A DNA stretch of 41,609 nt from a virus (IMGVR_UViG_2939152649_000003), one strand, 5' to 3'. Positions 18,119-27,894 are shown, counted from the stretch's first letter. The notes: generated by a model not told the origin, from the letters alone. Made by a program: numbers and translations.

Positions 18119-18870
18119 CTGGGATTTGGCACCTGCACTTCCGGCCAGCATTTGCAGTTCGGCAGGCACCCGGCGTGCCCGGTCATACCGTCCAGCGTCG
18201 GCGGGTTATCCCAGCGCACAAACTTATCTTTCATCCAGCGATGTGAATCGCGCGTTCCGGCCCCTTCGATGCGCCACCAGTAGCCCTCAGAGCCAATCGA
18301 CTCAGCGCGCGCCTGGGTGAGCGCTGTCGTGGCCCGGCCGATTTCGGTGCGGGCGATCATCTTCGCGCGGCTCTCTGCCACGTCGCCGGACTCCATAATC
18401 ATCCGATAGAGCGCGTCGGGGCGCTCACCGTTTATGACGGCTTCCATTGCGCGCTCCTGGATGTCACGAACGCGGTCGGCAGCTTCCAGCGGAAGAGATT
18501 TAATCAGCTGCACCTGGCGGGATACGATGTCCTGAGCCACGAACCCCACCGGCGTATTGCCGACAACATCCCGCAGCCCCTCAGAGATTTCCTGCGACAC
18601 AGAGCGCCACTGGTTCCACTCCTCCTGCTCAACCTGCAGGAACATGCGTTTGGCTACCCGGTCGGCCCAGTCGTCAATCAGCAGCGAGTAATCTATCAGC
18701 CGGGCGCTAACCTGCTCGGCGCTCGCTTCCGAACCATCGTAGGAGCCAGTTACTATCGCGCCGCACTGACGCGCTATCTCCTGTAGACTTTTCTGATACT
18801 GGCGCTCCGATTTGCGGCGGAGGTTCGGTTTCAGATTCAGCCTCCTCCCATTCTGCTTTGGCATCTTCAA
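18112..18870 (-). CDS. Head morphogenesis protein (Mu gpF-like)
   Basis: 252-aa ORF directly after the portal gene. The start is uncertain because it overlaps the portal 3' end by 164 bp. Confidence 0.55.
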   Translation of the reverse strand: MKMPKQNGRRLNLKPNLRRKSERQYQKSLQEIARQCGAIVTGSYDGSEASAEQVSARLIDYSLLIDDWADRVAKRMFLQVEQEEWNQWRSVSQEISEGLRDVVGNTPVGFVAQDIVSRQVQLIKSLPLEAADRVRDIQERAMEAVINGERPDALYRMIMESGDVAESRAKMIARTEIGRATTALTQARAESIGSEGYWWRIEGAGTRDSHRWMKDKFVRWDNPPTLDGMTGHAGCLPNCKCWPEVQVPNPRK

Positions 18871-20185
18871 TATCCTTGTCGGTGATAGAGCCGCCGATAC
18901 CGATGATGTCGGACAGGTTGCGCAGGTCGTTCAGCGCGGCATGCTGCGGCATACCGATGTCGCGCACGGCAGTCGCCAGGGCGGTGGCCACGTTGCTGGC
19001 CATTGTCGCCCGGTCAGTGTCCGACATCTCCCAGAGCTTGTTGAACTCGAAGGTGAAGTCTTCCGGCAGGGGCTGTCCGAACAGGGAGCGCCAGGAGATA
19101 TCCAGCAGCCAGCGGATGTGTCGGCGCAGGCGGCGCTCCTGCAGCGAGTTAACGCGGCTGTAGTAGTTCTCCAGATCCCCGTCGCCGGTGCTGAATCCGG
19201 ATGGTGACTGCCCGAACAGGCGCACCAGCGGGATCCCAGTTGCGCCGGATACCTGCTCAGCAAAGCGCAGGATGACATCAGCGATCCCGGCGAACGAGTA
19301 ACTGTGGGTCTGGAACTCGTCCGACTTATCCATGATGGTCATGCCTTCTATGGTCTGGAACTCACGGATCATGTCCATGTGCTTCATCAGACCATCTTCC
19401 AGCGTGCCGCCAGTGGCCAGAATCTTACGCAATCCGTCAATGCTGTAGGTACGCAGGTGCGCCTTGTGAATCAGCTGTGTAGTGCCGACGGTTGCGGTAT
19501 CGAACGCCTGAATGCGCTCGTAGATACGCTCGACTACCGACATTCCCCAGCCGTTCTCGGTCTGCGCCTGCTGGAATGGCAGTGTGTCACCTTCCATGCG
19601 GATAATGCGGCTGTGGTGAATCTTCCACGGGGGGATCCCCTGCTGGTTGGTCACCACCTTGTAGTACTTCGGCTTGCCGAACTCCGGGCCGTAATCGGTC
19701 ACCAGGTCGTAATAGCTCGGGGTTACCTGCCAGCGGTCGAGGCACATCACCCCCTTGAACTGACCCTCTTTGATGCGGTCGAGCTTCAGCGGAGTGGACA
19801 TGTCCTGCCCTTCCAGCAGCACCACCAGCAGCGCGCCGCCGTACAGCCGGGACCACTTCAGGGTGTCGTTCAGTCCGTCCCAGATGGCAATGTCATCCCA
19901 GAACATCTCAAATTTACCCTTCTGTCCGGGCTCGAGCTTGGAACTGATGTTTATGCCCTTGCGGGTCATATCATCGGCCATAGCGTCTACACCGGCGCCC
20001 ACCAAAAACGATGAACGATACGCAAATTCCAGCTGTACGCGGTTACGCGAGATATAGCCAGGCTGATAGCTCCCACCGCTCTGGATGTTGGATGTATAGC
20101 CGCCGAGCTTAGCCGCGAAGTTGTTGTACCCGTCACCAGTCCGGACGGGCTTTTGTGCGCCGCTCTGGCGTTTCTTTCGGGACAT
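18707..20185 (-). CDS. Portal protein
   Basis: 492-aa ORF immediately downstream of the large terminase gene. Confidence 0.7.
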   Translation of the reverse strand: MSRKKRQSGAQKPVRTGDGYNNFAAKLGGYTSNIQSGGSYQPGYISRNRVQLEFAYRSSFLVGAGVDAMADDMTRKGINISSKLEPGQKGKFEMFWDDIAIWDGLNDTLKWSRLYGGALLVVLLEGQDMSTPLKLDRIKEGQFKGVMCLDRWQVTPSYYDLVTDYGPEFGKPKYYKVVTNQQGIPPWKIHHSRIIRMEGDTLPFQQAQTENGWGMSVVERIYERIQAFDTATVGTTQLIHKAHLRTYSIDGLRKILATGGTLEDGLMKHMDMIREFQTIEGMTIMDKSDEFQTHSYSFAGIADVILRFAEQVSGATGIPLVRLFGQSPSGFSTGDGDLENYYSRVNSLQERRLRRHIRWLLDISWRSLFGQPLPEDFTFEFNKLWEMSDTDRATMASNVATALATAVRDIGMPQHAALNDLRNLSDIIGIGGSITDKDIEDAKAEWEEAESETEPPPQIGAPVSEKSTGDSASVRRDSNWLLRWFGSERRAG

Positions 20186-20197
20186 ATCCCCTCACTG

Positions 20198-21403
20198 TTA
20201 TTGTTTGCCCAGGGCGGCCCAGACACCGAGATCGCCAACGCTTGTGATGTATCCATCCAGCGAGTAGCGCACGGCATCCCACAGGTGGTTATGCTTATCC
20301 ACGACAACCGGCAGCACTTCGCCGGTCATGCGGTCGGTTTTGTAGGAGTAAAGGCGCGCCTCATCGACCATGTGCTTACAGCGCTCATGGATGATGATTT
20401 CTTCGAACCCTTTCAGGTAGGTAATGCCGTCCTCAACGCTCCCCGGCCATTTGGTAGCGCCGTCGATGATGAAGCCCTGACGCGAAAGATAACTGATGGT
20501 CTCCGGCCGGCTGCAGTCGCCGTGAATGGGCCATTTTCTGGATTCCGGGATGGAGTCATAGAACTGCGCCATTTCGTCCAGCTCGACGCCGACGCCGTAG
20601 GCTTCGTACTCGATGTACAATCGGGTGCCGATAATGAAGCAACGGACCAGAGTGGATGGGTCGTTGGCGAAACCGAAGTCAGCCCCATAAAACAGGCGAT
20701 CGGCTTCTTTCCACAGGTCGTCAGAGAATGCCTCAACCCGGTACTTGCCGGAGAAGATAACGGCCTCACTGAGCGCCTTCGGCAGCCCCAGCCAGATATG
20801 CTCGTAAGCCTCGAAGTCGATACGCTTGCAGTATTCCATCTCGTGCCTGAGCACGTCAGGGAAGAATGCGTTATCGCAGTAGTTGACGCAGGTAATAATC
20901 GCTCCGCCATCAGGGGGATCGGCGCGGTGCCGCTCCATCATGGCGTAGGTCGGGTCGGTAGCTTCGCGCGGGTTGAACGACACCCACACTTCGGATTTAT
21001 TGGCGCGAACGGTCGGACCGAGGATGTCCCAGCTATCCTGCGATACGGTTTGCGCTTCCTCTACCCAGCATATTTTGATGCCGTGCATCGACTTAATGCT
21101 CTGGATGTTGTTGCGCAGACCTTTGAAGGTAAACCGCGTGCCGTTGCTGCCCTCTATATCGTTGTTCTTGACCTTGTAGAAGTGCGCCAGGCCAAGCGAG
21201 TGGATTTCAGCGTCCAGCAGTGCCAGTACCGAATCGTTGATAGAGTTCTGGAACTCACGAGCGCACAGGATGATCATTGGCTCGATAGCGCCCAACAATA
21301 CCAGCGCGCGGGCAATCTCTACCGATTTGCCGCCACCACGACCGCCATACGTCCAGCGCCAGCGGACAGAGCCTATCGGTGCGTCGTACAGCGTCCCGAG
21401 CAC
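20198..21403 (-). CDS. Terminase large subunit
   Basis: Walker A-like GGRGGGKS near the N-terminus and a C-terminal nuclease-like region. Confidence 0.85.
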   Translation of the reverse strand: MLGTLYDAPIGSVRWRWTYGGRGGGKSVEIARALVLLGAIEPMIILCAREFQNSINDSVLALLDAEIHSLGLAHFYKVKNNDIEGSNGTRFTFKGLRNNIQSIKSMHGIKICWVEEAQTVSQDSWDILGPTVRANKSEVWVSFNPREATDPTYAMMERHRADPPDGGAIITCVNYCDNAFFPDVLRHEMEYCKRIDFEAYEHIWLGLPKALSEAVIFSGKYRVEAFSDDLWKEADRLFYGADFGFANDPSTLVRCFIIGTRLYIEYEAYGVGVELDEMAQFYDSIPESRKWPIHGDCSRPETISYLSRQGFIIDGATKWPGSVEDGITYLKGFEEIIIHERCKHMVDEARLYSYKTDRMTGEVLPVVVDKHNHLWDAVRYSLDGYITSVGDLGVWAALGKQ

Positions 21404-21438
21404 CCAGTCGCTACTGAATGAGTACAGGACACCATCGA

Positions 21439-22146
21439 TTATTGTTGGGCTGTCTGCTTTCCCTCGCGCAGCTTATCCATGTGCGCTGCCCACGCTTCAG
21501 GCGGGCAGTTCGACGGCGTGACGATGCAGACCTTTCCGTAACTCAGGCCAGCCAGATCGACATTCACTTCCGTTTTGTTGCTCATGTCGATGCCGGTGAG
21601 CTGCGCGGCGTTTTTGATGTTCGGGGCTACCTGCCCAAACTTCTCAGCGTCCAGCGCGGCTTTCGCCGATTTGTAGGAGAGTTCAGCCAGGTCTTTCGCG
21701 TCGAATGATACGAGCAGAGCGGCATCCTGACGCAGCTCTCTGATGCGCCTGCGCACATCCGGGCGTTTGAAAAGTATCGATGCCTGGGAATCAGCGCGTG
21801 AAGGCGAATAGCCCGCGCATATCGCCGCCTCTTTCTGCGGCATGCCCCGCGCGATGTTCTGCGCAAACTGCTCATGCTGTGGTTTAAGGATGCCTGCGTT
21901 TTCCTGCGCAGTATCGCCCTCAACTGGCGTAGAGGCTTCAACCACTACTACATGCGGCATCTGGCTTTGCGCAGTTTTGCGCACATCCTTTTGCGCAGTT
22001 TTTTGCGCAGCAGGCTTTTTGATGTACCTGCGCGCAGATGTATAATTCAGTCCCTGCGCTTCGCACCATTCTTTCGGCGATATACCTGTTTTGGCATGCT
22101 CGGCGAGGAACCGTCTTTGGAGGCTTCCCCAGTCCGGTTTTGCCAT
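21439..22146 (-). CDS. Terminase small subunit
   Basis: 235-aa ORF upstream of the large subunit with an N-terminal HTH-like segment. Confidence 0.55.
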   Translation of the reverse strand: MAKPDWGSLQRRFLAEHAKTGISPKEWCEAQGLNYTSARRYIKKPAAQKTAQKDVRKTAQSQMPHVVVVEASTPVEGDTAQENAGILKPQHEQFAQNIARGMPQKEAAICAGYSPSRADSQASILFKRPDVRRRIRELRQDAALLVSFDAKDLAELSYKSAKAALDAEKFGQVAPNIKNAAQLTGIDMSNKTEVNVDLAGLSYGKVCIVTPSNCPPEAWAAHMDKLREGKQTAQQ

Positions 22147-22282
22147 AAAACTCTCTGGAATATTCCAATAAACGAGGCGATAGTAACCATTGAAAATGAC
22201 GAAGTATTAGCGGCAAAAATTATTTTGCTTCTATACAAGTGTCATGTTTCAACCCTAAGAACTTTGATGCAAAGGAACGACT

Positions 22283-22543
22283 ATGTCAGATGTAGAAAAA
22301 AGAATTGCCCATCTTGAGGATTTGGTTGAAGAGTTACAGTTACACAGCCACGCTTCTCGTGTTGCTATTGCTGTATTATCAACGGCTTTAAACGGAGTTG
22401 TGGGGAAAGAAACTCACCTCGGAGATGTTTATTTAGAAGGGGTTTCTAAGGCCGCCCCCATCGAATTCGACATTCCCGCTAAAGATGGATACCTAGAAAA
22501 ATTAAACGAGAGAGTCGCTGCTCTACTAGGCAGAGCACAATAA
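22283..22543 (+). CDS. Hypothetical protein (opposite-strand moron between lysis and terminase)
   Basis: 86-aa AT-rich ORF with an AAGGA RBS. It occupies the position of bor in lambda but has no signal peptide. Confidence 0.5.
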   Translation: MSDVEKRIAHLEDLVEELQLHSHASRVAIAVLSTALNGVVGKETHLGDVYLEGVSKAAPIEFDIPAKDGYLEKLNERVAALLGRAQ

Positions 22544-22632
22544 GCATTTTTCAAAATCATTTTTCTTAAGCCTTTTACGCATCCCCTCCGGGGGATGTAG
22601 CCATAAAGATGAGTTTGTCCATAGCGTTGACA

Positions 22633-22658
22633 CTAAAAAACCGCCCGTAGGCGGTTTG
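22633..22658 (-). terminator. Intrinsic terminator (better on the minus strand)
   Basis: AACCGCC-TACG-GGCGGTT followed by TTTTTAGTG on the minus strand. Confidence 0.4.
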
Positions 22659-23042
22659 TAGGTGAAAGGAAGGCCAAGCTAATGCGAATTACTACAAGGT
22701 TCAGTTATCCCTAATGACGCGACGGACATTTCGGGGCCAAACCAAGCAGCGTCACCTGAGCCCCTTGGCTTTTCATGAATTGACCCAACAGCGTGACCTG
22801 AAAGGCGGGAGACTCCAACGTCCCAGACGCGGGTGGTAAAAATCTCAAGATGGTCATCCATCTCGGAATTCTCCCTTCGCACTATCCTCTCGATTTCTGT
22901 TACCCCTGGCTCAGGAACCCTGACGTCACGATCAACGGTTGCTTAAGGGGAAGTCCAAAAACTGGGTCAAAAAGACCTCCTTGAACTTTCCGTGGGTTAA
23001 CATTTTTTATGATAGCGAAACGGGTAACTTTCGCAAATATTG

Positions 23043-23306
23043 TTATTTAAAATGAGATGTGCGTGAAAGCTCAACCTTCCATATATCAGCCTTATCCCGA
23101 TTGCATTGCCCCAGCGCCGATAGCAGACTGACATTCAGATCCAGACTGTCCCCGTAGGTCAGCGGCTCGGGAATGGCAGGTTGTGGTGTTTCAGCTGTCA
23201 GGTTCGCCGGCAGGGGCACCACCGGCGCCTGCACGTAAACTGTCCGCGTATTCCCGCAGCCGGTTAGCAGCTGCAGCAGGCACAGGCCGACGAGCGCAAT
23301 CATCAT
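23043..23306 (-). CDS. Outer-membrane spanin (Rz1-like lipoprotein)
   Basis: Signal peptide with lipobox LLTGC and a Pro-rich mature region. The gene overlaps the 3' end of Rz in another frame. Confidence 0.65.
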   Translation of the reverse strand: MMIALVGLCLLQLLTGCGNTRTVYVQAPVVPLPANLTAETPQPAIPEPLTYGDSLDLNVSLLSALGQCNRDKADIWKVELSRTSHFK

Positions 23307-23583
23307 CCGCAACAGCCACTTTGATATCTGCCTGGGCTCTCTGTGACTCCAGTGCGATCTTGTTCTTTGCATTCTGGTTCGCCTCTGAAATGGCGTTGAT
23401 GATACTCACGGCCCGAATCACGTTCGCGGTGACAGCATTCGCGGTCTCAGCCTGCTGTTCTGCGCTATCGGCCCGCTCCTTTTCGCTACTGGCTTTGTCG
23501 CTGTAATACCATGCCGACCAGCACGCCCCGCCGAACAGGCAAAGGAGGAATATGGCAATCGCAATGATGTGACGAGCTTTCAT
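23191..23583 (-). CDS. Inner-membrane spanin (Rz-like)
   Basis: N-terminal TM helix (IIAIAIFLLCLFGGACW) followed by a coiled-coil region. ATGA overlap with the endolysin stop. Confidence 0.65.
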   Translation of the reverse strand: MKARHIIAIAIFLLCLFGGACWSAWYYSDKASSEKERADSAEQQAETANAVTANVIRAVSIINAISEANQNAKNKIALESQRAQADIKVAVADDDCARRPVPAAAANRLREYADSLRAGAGGAPAGEPDS

Positions 23584-24116
23584 TTATCGAGCCCCCAGCA
23601 TGCCAACGCGCTTTCTTGGTCGCGGCGTTCCACCTGACCGAAGCATCCGTTCTTCTGCCCCTTGGTTAGCCGGCAATCCCGGCCGCCATCTTTTATCCAC
23701 CAGCGGATCGCTTCGCATGCCCCTTTACGGTCACCGGCATTGATGCGCTTATAGAACGTCGAGGGGAAGCACTTACCGGGCCCGATGTTATACGGGCAGA
23801 AAGAAGCTATTCCGGCCTTTTGCGGTTCGGTCAGCGGCACCCTGATATTGCGTTCAACCCAGGCCAGCGCTTTATTTCGCTCAACGGCATTCACCTGGTC
23901 ACATTTGGCCTGCGTCAGCTTCATGCCCTGGCGAACTGGTTTACCATCTACCAGCGTGGCGCCGCGGCAAATAGTCCAGACGCCGCCACCGTCCTGATAA
24001 GCAATCAGGCTGTAGCCTTCCTTCTCATTCAGGAACTGATCGAGAATAACGGGCGCTGACGCACCGGCGAGGATAAGACCTAATACCGCAGCGCTAAGCT
24101 TTGATCTGTCAGCCAC
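23580..24116 (-). CDS. SAR endolysin (T4-lysozyme-like)
   Basis: Catalytic triad E-x8-D-x5-T (EGYSLIAYQDGGGVWT) preceded by a weakly hydrophobic SAR segment (LSAAVLGLILAGASAPVIL). Probable GTG start overlapping the holin stop (TAGTG). The longer ORF-track N-terminus is rejected. Confidence 0.8.
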   Translation of the reverse strand: MADRSKLSAAVLGLILAGASAPVILDQFLNEKEGYSLIAYQDGGGVWTICRGATLVDGKPVRQGMKLTQAKCDQVNAVERNKALAWVERNIRVPLTEPQKAGIASFCPYNIGPGKCFPSTFYKRINAGDRKGACEAIRWWIKDGGRDCRLTKGQKNGCFGQVERRDQESALACWGLDK

Positions 24117-24331
24117 TATTCCCCCCTGGCGGCTTTGCGCCGGTCCTCTTTGATTTTGAAATACAGGTTTGTCAGATACGTCAGCAGCCCGAACACCAGG
24201 CTGCCAAGCACACCAATGGCTGCCCACTGCGATGGTGACACCTGGTCAAGCAACTGCAGGCTCCAGTAACCAGCGTTAGTCGCTGATGCACCATAGGCGA
24301 TGCCAGTGGTTAGTTTTTCCATGCGTAACAT
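24116..24331 (-). CDS. Pinholin (phage 21 S21-like) with dual start
   Basis: 71-aa product [23 protein letters not shown]...[20 protein letters not shown] closely resembles S21 as recalled. M1 and M4 give the 71/68 antiholin/holin pair. Confidence 0.85.
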   Translation of the reverse strand: MLRMEKLTTGIAYGASATNAGYWSLQLLDQVSPSQWAAIGVLGSLVFGLLTYLTNLYFKIKEDRRKAARGE

Positions 24332-24427
24332 GCTCTCACCTCCGATTATTTCGGGGTGCTATGTGTAATGGGGATCAGGCTCTCGGGCTGCATTAACAAC
24401 AAGGCTTGTTGAGGAGGTTTCCCGGAG

Positions 24428-24459
24428 CCTGAAAAAGAAAAGGCCCGCGTATGCGAGCC
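24428..24459 (-). terminator. tR'-like intrinsic terminator between Q and the lysis genes
   Basis: Minus strand GGCUCGC-AUAC-GCGGGCC followed by UUUUCUUUUUC, about 100 bp upstream of the holin start. Confidence 0.5.
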
Positions 24460-24761
24460 TCTATAAATTCTTTGCCACTTCCCGGAGTGGCCACGCTCAT
24501 GCCCTTGAGCTGCTGTCGCATCATCGCCGCTTATCACCGGTGCGCGTCTGGCTTTCGCGCTGCTTTACCGGAGCTATTTTTAATCTATGACCCTGACCCG
24601 TCACTACACAGGCTCGCTCAATGGCGACTCGGGGCAGCATCATGACTGCTGCATTGCCTTTCGGCTACGGTGTGTCCGTTCTACTCTACATTTTCATACC
24701 CTCCAGAAACGGCAAAGCCCCGCGGGGTTAACCGCAGGGCTTTAAACGAAGGCAGTAACCC

Positions 24762-24810
24762 ATCGTTGGAGAGAAATTAACACAGATTCGGGAAAAGTAA
24801 ATAGCTCACG
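24762..24810 (-). promoter_or_regulatory. Late promoter PR'-like with Q-utilisation/pause region
   Basis: Minus strand has a -10-like TTAATT followed by CAACGATGGGTTA, the same initial-transcribed pause motif recalled from lambda PR'. Lies 30-80 bp downstream of the Q stop. Confidence 0.45.
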
Positions 24811-24838
24811 ATAAAATCGACAGCGATTAATTGGTGCT

Positions 24839-25669
24839 TTATCGAGTTATTGCTCGCAGTTGCGATTCGGCCCACGCTTCTTCCATGTCGAATTTGGTGA
24901 TCAGCCGGTCGTAAAACGGCTTCACTGACTTTTTCCAGGTGTCCAGAGTAATGGCGTCGGTAATAAGGCAAACAGCCGCATATGCCTCAGTCGAGGGGAT
25001 CCGCTCATACCCGCGCCCGCCGCAGCGCTTGCAGTCGGCCATCACCGGCGCGCCCTGCTTTTCTGTCAGCGTCTTGCTGACAGCTTTTCCGCGCCCCTGG
25101 CAGTCATTACATGCGCAGCTGACGACCTTCTTCCCTTTGCAGGCCGAGCACAGCACCCGGGCCACCTCTTTCACCTCACGCCGATTCTGATGCTGCGAAG
25201 GGATAACCTTCAGCCCCCATTTTTTTGATTTTTGAATGATGTCTTTTGCGCAGCCAGAGATGCTGGTTTTCATACTAAAAACGTCAGCCTCAATGAACCC
25301 CTGCCCTGCGCAACATTCGCACCTCTTGACGCTGGCGGCGCTGCGGGAATAGTCCTCAAAAGCGAAGGTAGCAAGCTGGCGCATCACCAGCGGTTTAACC
25401 CCAGCGTCCAGTTTGCGCAGGGCAGCCACGCTATCGCATTTTGTCAGCGCATACTGGGCCAGCAGCTCGATCGCTCTCTCCCGATCGTTGTTGCTGATGC
25501 CCATCTTTCCGAGAAAGGCACTGTAGCCCATGGCGGCGCGTTCCTGGGTCATGCCCATGGCTGCCATGATGTCCGTTCCGGTCAGCGAGTCGGAGGCCGT
25601 AGCGCGCGGAGAGTCGCTAATCAGCGTCGATTTGGCGAAGTGGTATTTCACGGTGTTTTCGAGGTTCAT
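24839..25669 (-). CDS. Late-gene antiterminator Q
   Basis: 276-aa product with Cys-rich zinc-binding motifs, immediately upstream of the PR'-like region and lysis cassette. Start overlaps the ylcG-like stop. Confidence 0.7.
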   Translation of the reverse strand: MNLENTVKYHFAKSTLISDSPRATASDSLTGTDIMAAMGMTQERAAMGYSAFLGKMGISNNDRERAIELLAQYALTKCDSVAALRKLDAGVKPLVMRQLATFAFEDYSRSAASVKRCECCAGQGFIEADVFSMKTSISGCAKDIIQKSKKWGLKVIPSQHQNRREVKEVARVLCSACKGKKVVSCACNDCQGRGKAVSKTLTEKQGAPVMADCKRCGGRGYERIPSTEAYAAVCLITDAITLDTWKKSVKPFYDRLITKFDMEEAWAESQLRAITR

Positions 25670-25806
25670 GCAGCAGCTCCTGCCAACTGGTTAATGCGAA
25701 TAAAATTGCGAAGAATGCGGTAGTCCACCAGCACCGAACCCGGGCGGCGATAAATGCGGAGGCGTGTCCAGCGCATGCGGATTACCTCAATCAGTTCTGA
25801 TGTCAT
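25666..25806 (-). CDS. YlcG-like small protein
   Basis: 46-aa [27 protein letters not shown]... found by translation; below the ORF-track cutoff. ATGA-coupled to both RusA and Q, as in the DLP12 rusA-ylcG-Q order. Confidence 0.5.
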   Translation of the reverse strand: MTSELIEVIRMRWTRLRIYRRPGSVLVDYRILRNFIRINQLAGAAA

Positions 25807-26166
25807 AAGTCCCCCAGTTCGGTGATGGTCAGCTCCAGCCTGCCGCCCCTGACGACGGGCATCCGTATAACGCGGTAGTCGTCCACCAGCTGATCGTCCT
25901 GCCAGAATCCGGCCTTAGTAAGCGCGTCGAACGCGGCCTTCTGCAGGTTGTCCAGGTCACGGCGGCGGCGGTCAGGCATATGGCACTCGATGCGAATCTT
26001 CACCGGGCCGGAGATGCCGATATCCAGCAGCTGGTCTTTGATGATTTGGGCCACGCGGTCGCGGTAAGCCTGCCCTTCCGTGCTGATGTGCGTACGCCCG
26101 CGATTGTGTCGGTAATAGCGGTTATTACTCGGTGGCCACGGCAATGTGATTTTGTACTCGCTCACG
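25803..26166 (-). CDS. rusA: Holliday junction resolvase RusA
   Basis: About 120-aa product with a RusA-like sequence (…[29 protein letters not shown]…[13 protein letters not shown]…). Probable GTG start overlapping the upstream stop. Confidence 0.85.
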
Positions 26167-26452
26167 CTTTCACCTTCCCCTCTTTCAGCCAGATAACCTG
26201 CGTGCGGGCCATGCCCTCCAGCGCGCACTCCTTTGCATAATCCGCGTCGACCAGGCGAGTGCGGCGGTCGATTTCGTCGTGACAGCTGCTGCATGCAATG
26301 GTGGCAATCAGATCAGGCGGCTTAATTCCGGTACCGCACAGCCCGGCCAGGCGAATATGCGCCAGCACGCTTGTGTCTGGGTTGCCGTTGCACACGCCGG
26401 GGATCCGAACCTGACATTCGCGACCGCGCGCAGCTTTGCGTAAATCCGCCAT
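26162..26452 (-). CDS. YbcO-like (DUF1364) putative nuclease
   Basis: 96-aa product from [26 protein letters not shown]... with Cys/His motifs. The long ORF-track N-terminus is rejected. Confidence 0.55.
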   Translation of the reverse strand: MADLRKAARGRECQVRIPGVCNGNPDTSVLAHIRLAGLCGTGIKPPDLIATIACSSCHDEIDRRTRLVDADYAKECALEGMARTQVIWLKEGKVKA

Positions 26453-26454
26453 GC

Positions 26455-26664
26455 TCACCCCCAGACCTTCTGACGGAGTGACCGCGGCGTACGTTCCTGC
26501 CGGTGCGCCTCCGGCAGCCGGGCGCTGACGGTCCAGGTGACGTAATCGGGATTCAGGCTTCGCTCTACCTTCACGCCGCGGCGCCGGTATTCCGCCATGA
26601 GCTCGTCGGCCTGCTGCGTGGTGCACTCGGTGTGCTGGAACCATGTTTCTTTCATCGGCATCAC
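26455..26664 (-). CDS. Hypothetical nin-region protein
   Basis: 69-aa ORF translationally coupled on both sides. Confidence 0.4.
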   Translation of the reverse strand: MMPMKETWFQHTECTTQQADELMAEYRRRGVKVERSLNPDYVTWTVSARLPEAHRQERTPRSLRQKVWG

Positions 26665-27260
26665 CCCACGAAGCTCATGAGCTGCGCAGCGGCATTATCC
26701 GCGTCGCTACGGCTCTTGAATGCCCTGGACAGGATCCAACGCCACAGAACATCGAGTGCGGCCCTGTAGAGTTGCTGGAACTCGGTTTCGTCCATATTGG
26801 CGAAGGCGATGCTGCGGGGGTGTTTGCGGAGGGTGCCGTCAGGCAGCTGGATCGCGTCGTAGTGGCCGGATTCGATGGTTACCCAGGCGCGGTAGGCGTC
26901 GAATGACTTGCAGGCGCTGATGCTGCCCGTGCGCTTATCAGCGATGCGCTCGAGATATTGCTCAGCGGCATCCAGCAGCGCCCCTTCGTTCCCGCCGTAG
27001 GAGGCCAGAAATCTGGCATAGCCGGTCACCAGCTTGCGTTCGTTGGAAGAGATCGCCCCGCCGGTTGGCTCCCAGTATTCGAACCCGAGGTTTAAAAGCG
27101 CGAAGAAGCGGCGGTGGAAAGCCGGATTGCGGACCTGTTTGAAGTCGGCTACCAGCACGGCGCCGAGTTTGATTTTTGATTGCAGAATATCGCTGGTCTC
27201 CGGCGTCGCGGGGATCAGGATTCCTGATGACTGCTTGATGAGTTGTAGTTCGTGCGCCAT
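26661..27260 (-). CDS. Hypothetical nin-region protein
   Basis: 199-aa ORF upstream of the YbcO-like and RusA genes. Confidence 0.45.
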   Translation of the reverse strand: MAHELQLIKQSSGILIPATPETSDILQSKIKLGAVLVADFKQVRNPAFHRRFFALLNLGFEYWEPTGGAISSNERKLVTGYARFLASYGGNEGALLDAAEQYLERIADKRTGSISACKSFDAYRAWVTIESGHYDAIQLPDGTLRKHPRSIAFANMDETEFQQLYRAALDVLWRWILSRAFKSRSDADNAAAQLMSFVG

Positions 27261-27294
27261 GGTTTCTCTCCGTGGCGCAGTAGGTTACGGTTGT

Positions 27295-27543
27295 TCAGAC
27301 CGTTGATTTCATATTATCAGAAGGTTGGGTTACCCGGTAGCCGAGACGGTTAATAAACTGCATAAAACCATTAGGAGTAAAGACCTCTTCATCATCCAGC
27401 AAAGGCCGCATAGAAACCATGCCATTGACGCGATAAATTAGATGCCTGCCCGATGAAGGAAAGCTAAACACCACGCAGCCGTCAGACCTTCTTACAATGT
27501 CATACCAGTTGTCTTCTGACGTTTGCAAAGCTGAATCACTCAC
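27295..27543 (-). CDS. Hypothetical protein
   Basis: 82-aa ORF between DinI and the nin genes. Confidence 0.4.
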   Translation of the reverse strand: MSDSALQTSEDNWYDIVRRSDGCVVFSFPSSGRHLIYRVNGMVSMRPLLDDEEVFTPNGFMQFINRLGYRVTQPSDNMKSTV

Positions 27544-27660
27544 ATTTATGTTCTCCCTTCGAGCGACTAACAGACGCGATTAAAGATTGTCGGCAGCAGC
27601 ATCAGAGGGTTACGCAAATTGCGGTATTCTGAAAAATGCGCGCCAGCCTTAAGCGCAATT

Positions 27661-27894
27661 CTAATAAAACCAGTCGTCAGCGCTTTCCCAGGTATCCTGG
27701 AGGATTGATTCAATTTTCTTTTTATCGTCCTTGTCACCACCAAAAACACTTAACCCATCGGCCCCGGCACGGCGGATTGTGAGCCTGCAATTGTCATAGT
27801 GATCATTCAGGCGCTTAAGCAGTTCTTTCTCCAGTGCTGGTACTGCGCCTTTAGGAAGTTCTTTCATGCGATCAATGGTTAATTCAACTTTCAC
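27661..27894 (-). CDS. dinI: DinI-like SOS-inducible protein
   Basis: VKVELTIDRMKELPKGAVPAL...ILQDTWESADDWFY aligns along its length with E. coli DinI as recalled. GTG start at 27894 behind a GGGGG RBS. Confidence 0.85.
   Translation of the reverse strand: MKVELTIDRMKELPKGAVPALEKELLKRLNDHYDNCRLTIRRAGADGLSVFGGDKDDKKKIESILQDTWESADDWFY

Noticed and set aside
19304-20014. Plus-strand ORFs antisense to the portal gene (19304..20014 and 18812..19207)
   Set aside because: They lie fully inside the portal coding region on the other strand, with no RBS and biased composition typical of antisense frames.
20153-21421. 422-aa plus-strand ORF antisense to the large terminase gene
   Set aside because: The minus-strand frame carries clear terminase motifs (GGRGGGKS) and fits the operon. 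The plus-strand ORF is an antisense shadow in GC-rich DNA and its product is low-complexity Ala/Arg/Gly-rich.
22679-22882. 67-aa minus-strand ORF in the spacer between Rz1 and the moron
   Set aside because: No RBS and an implausible sequence; the region is treated as noncoding of unknown function.
24117-24227. N-terminal extension of the endolysin ORF (start at 24227) overlapping the holin by 112 bp
   Set aside because: The extension is translated from the holin gene in another frame. A GTG start at 24116 just before the SAR segment gives the canonical architecture.
24332-24838. Possible tRNA genes or a CRISPR-like array between Q and the holin, or elsewhere in the window
   Set aside because: No cloverleaf-compatible sequence and no regularly spaced direct repeats were seen. 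The intergenic region is better explained by the PR'/qut/terminator elements.
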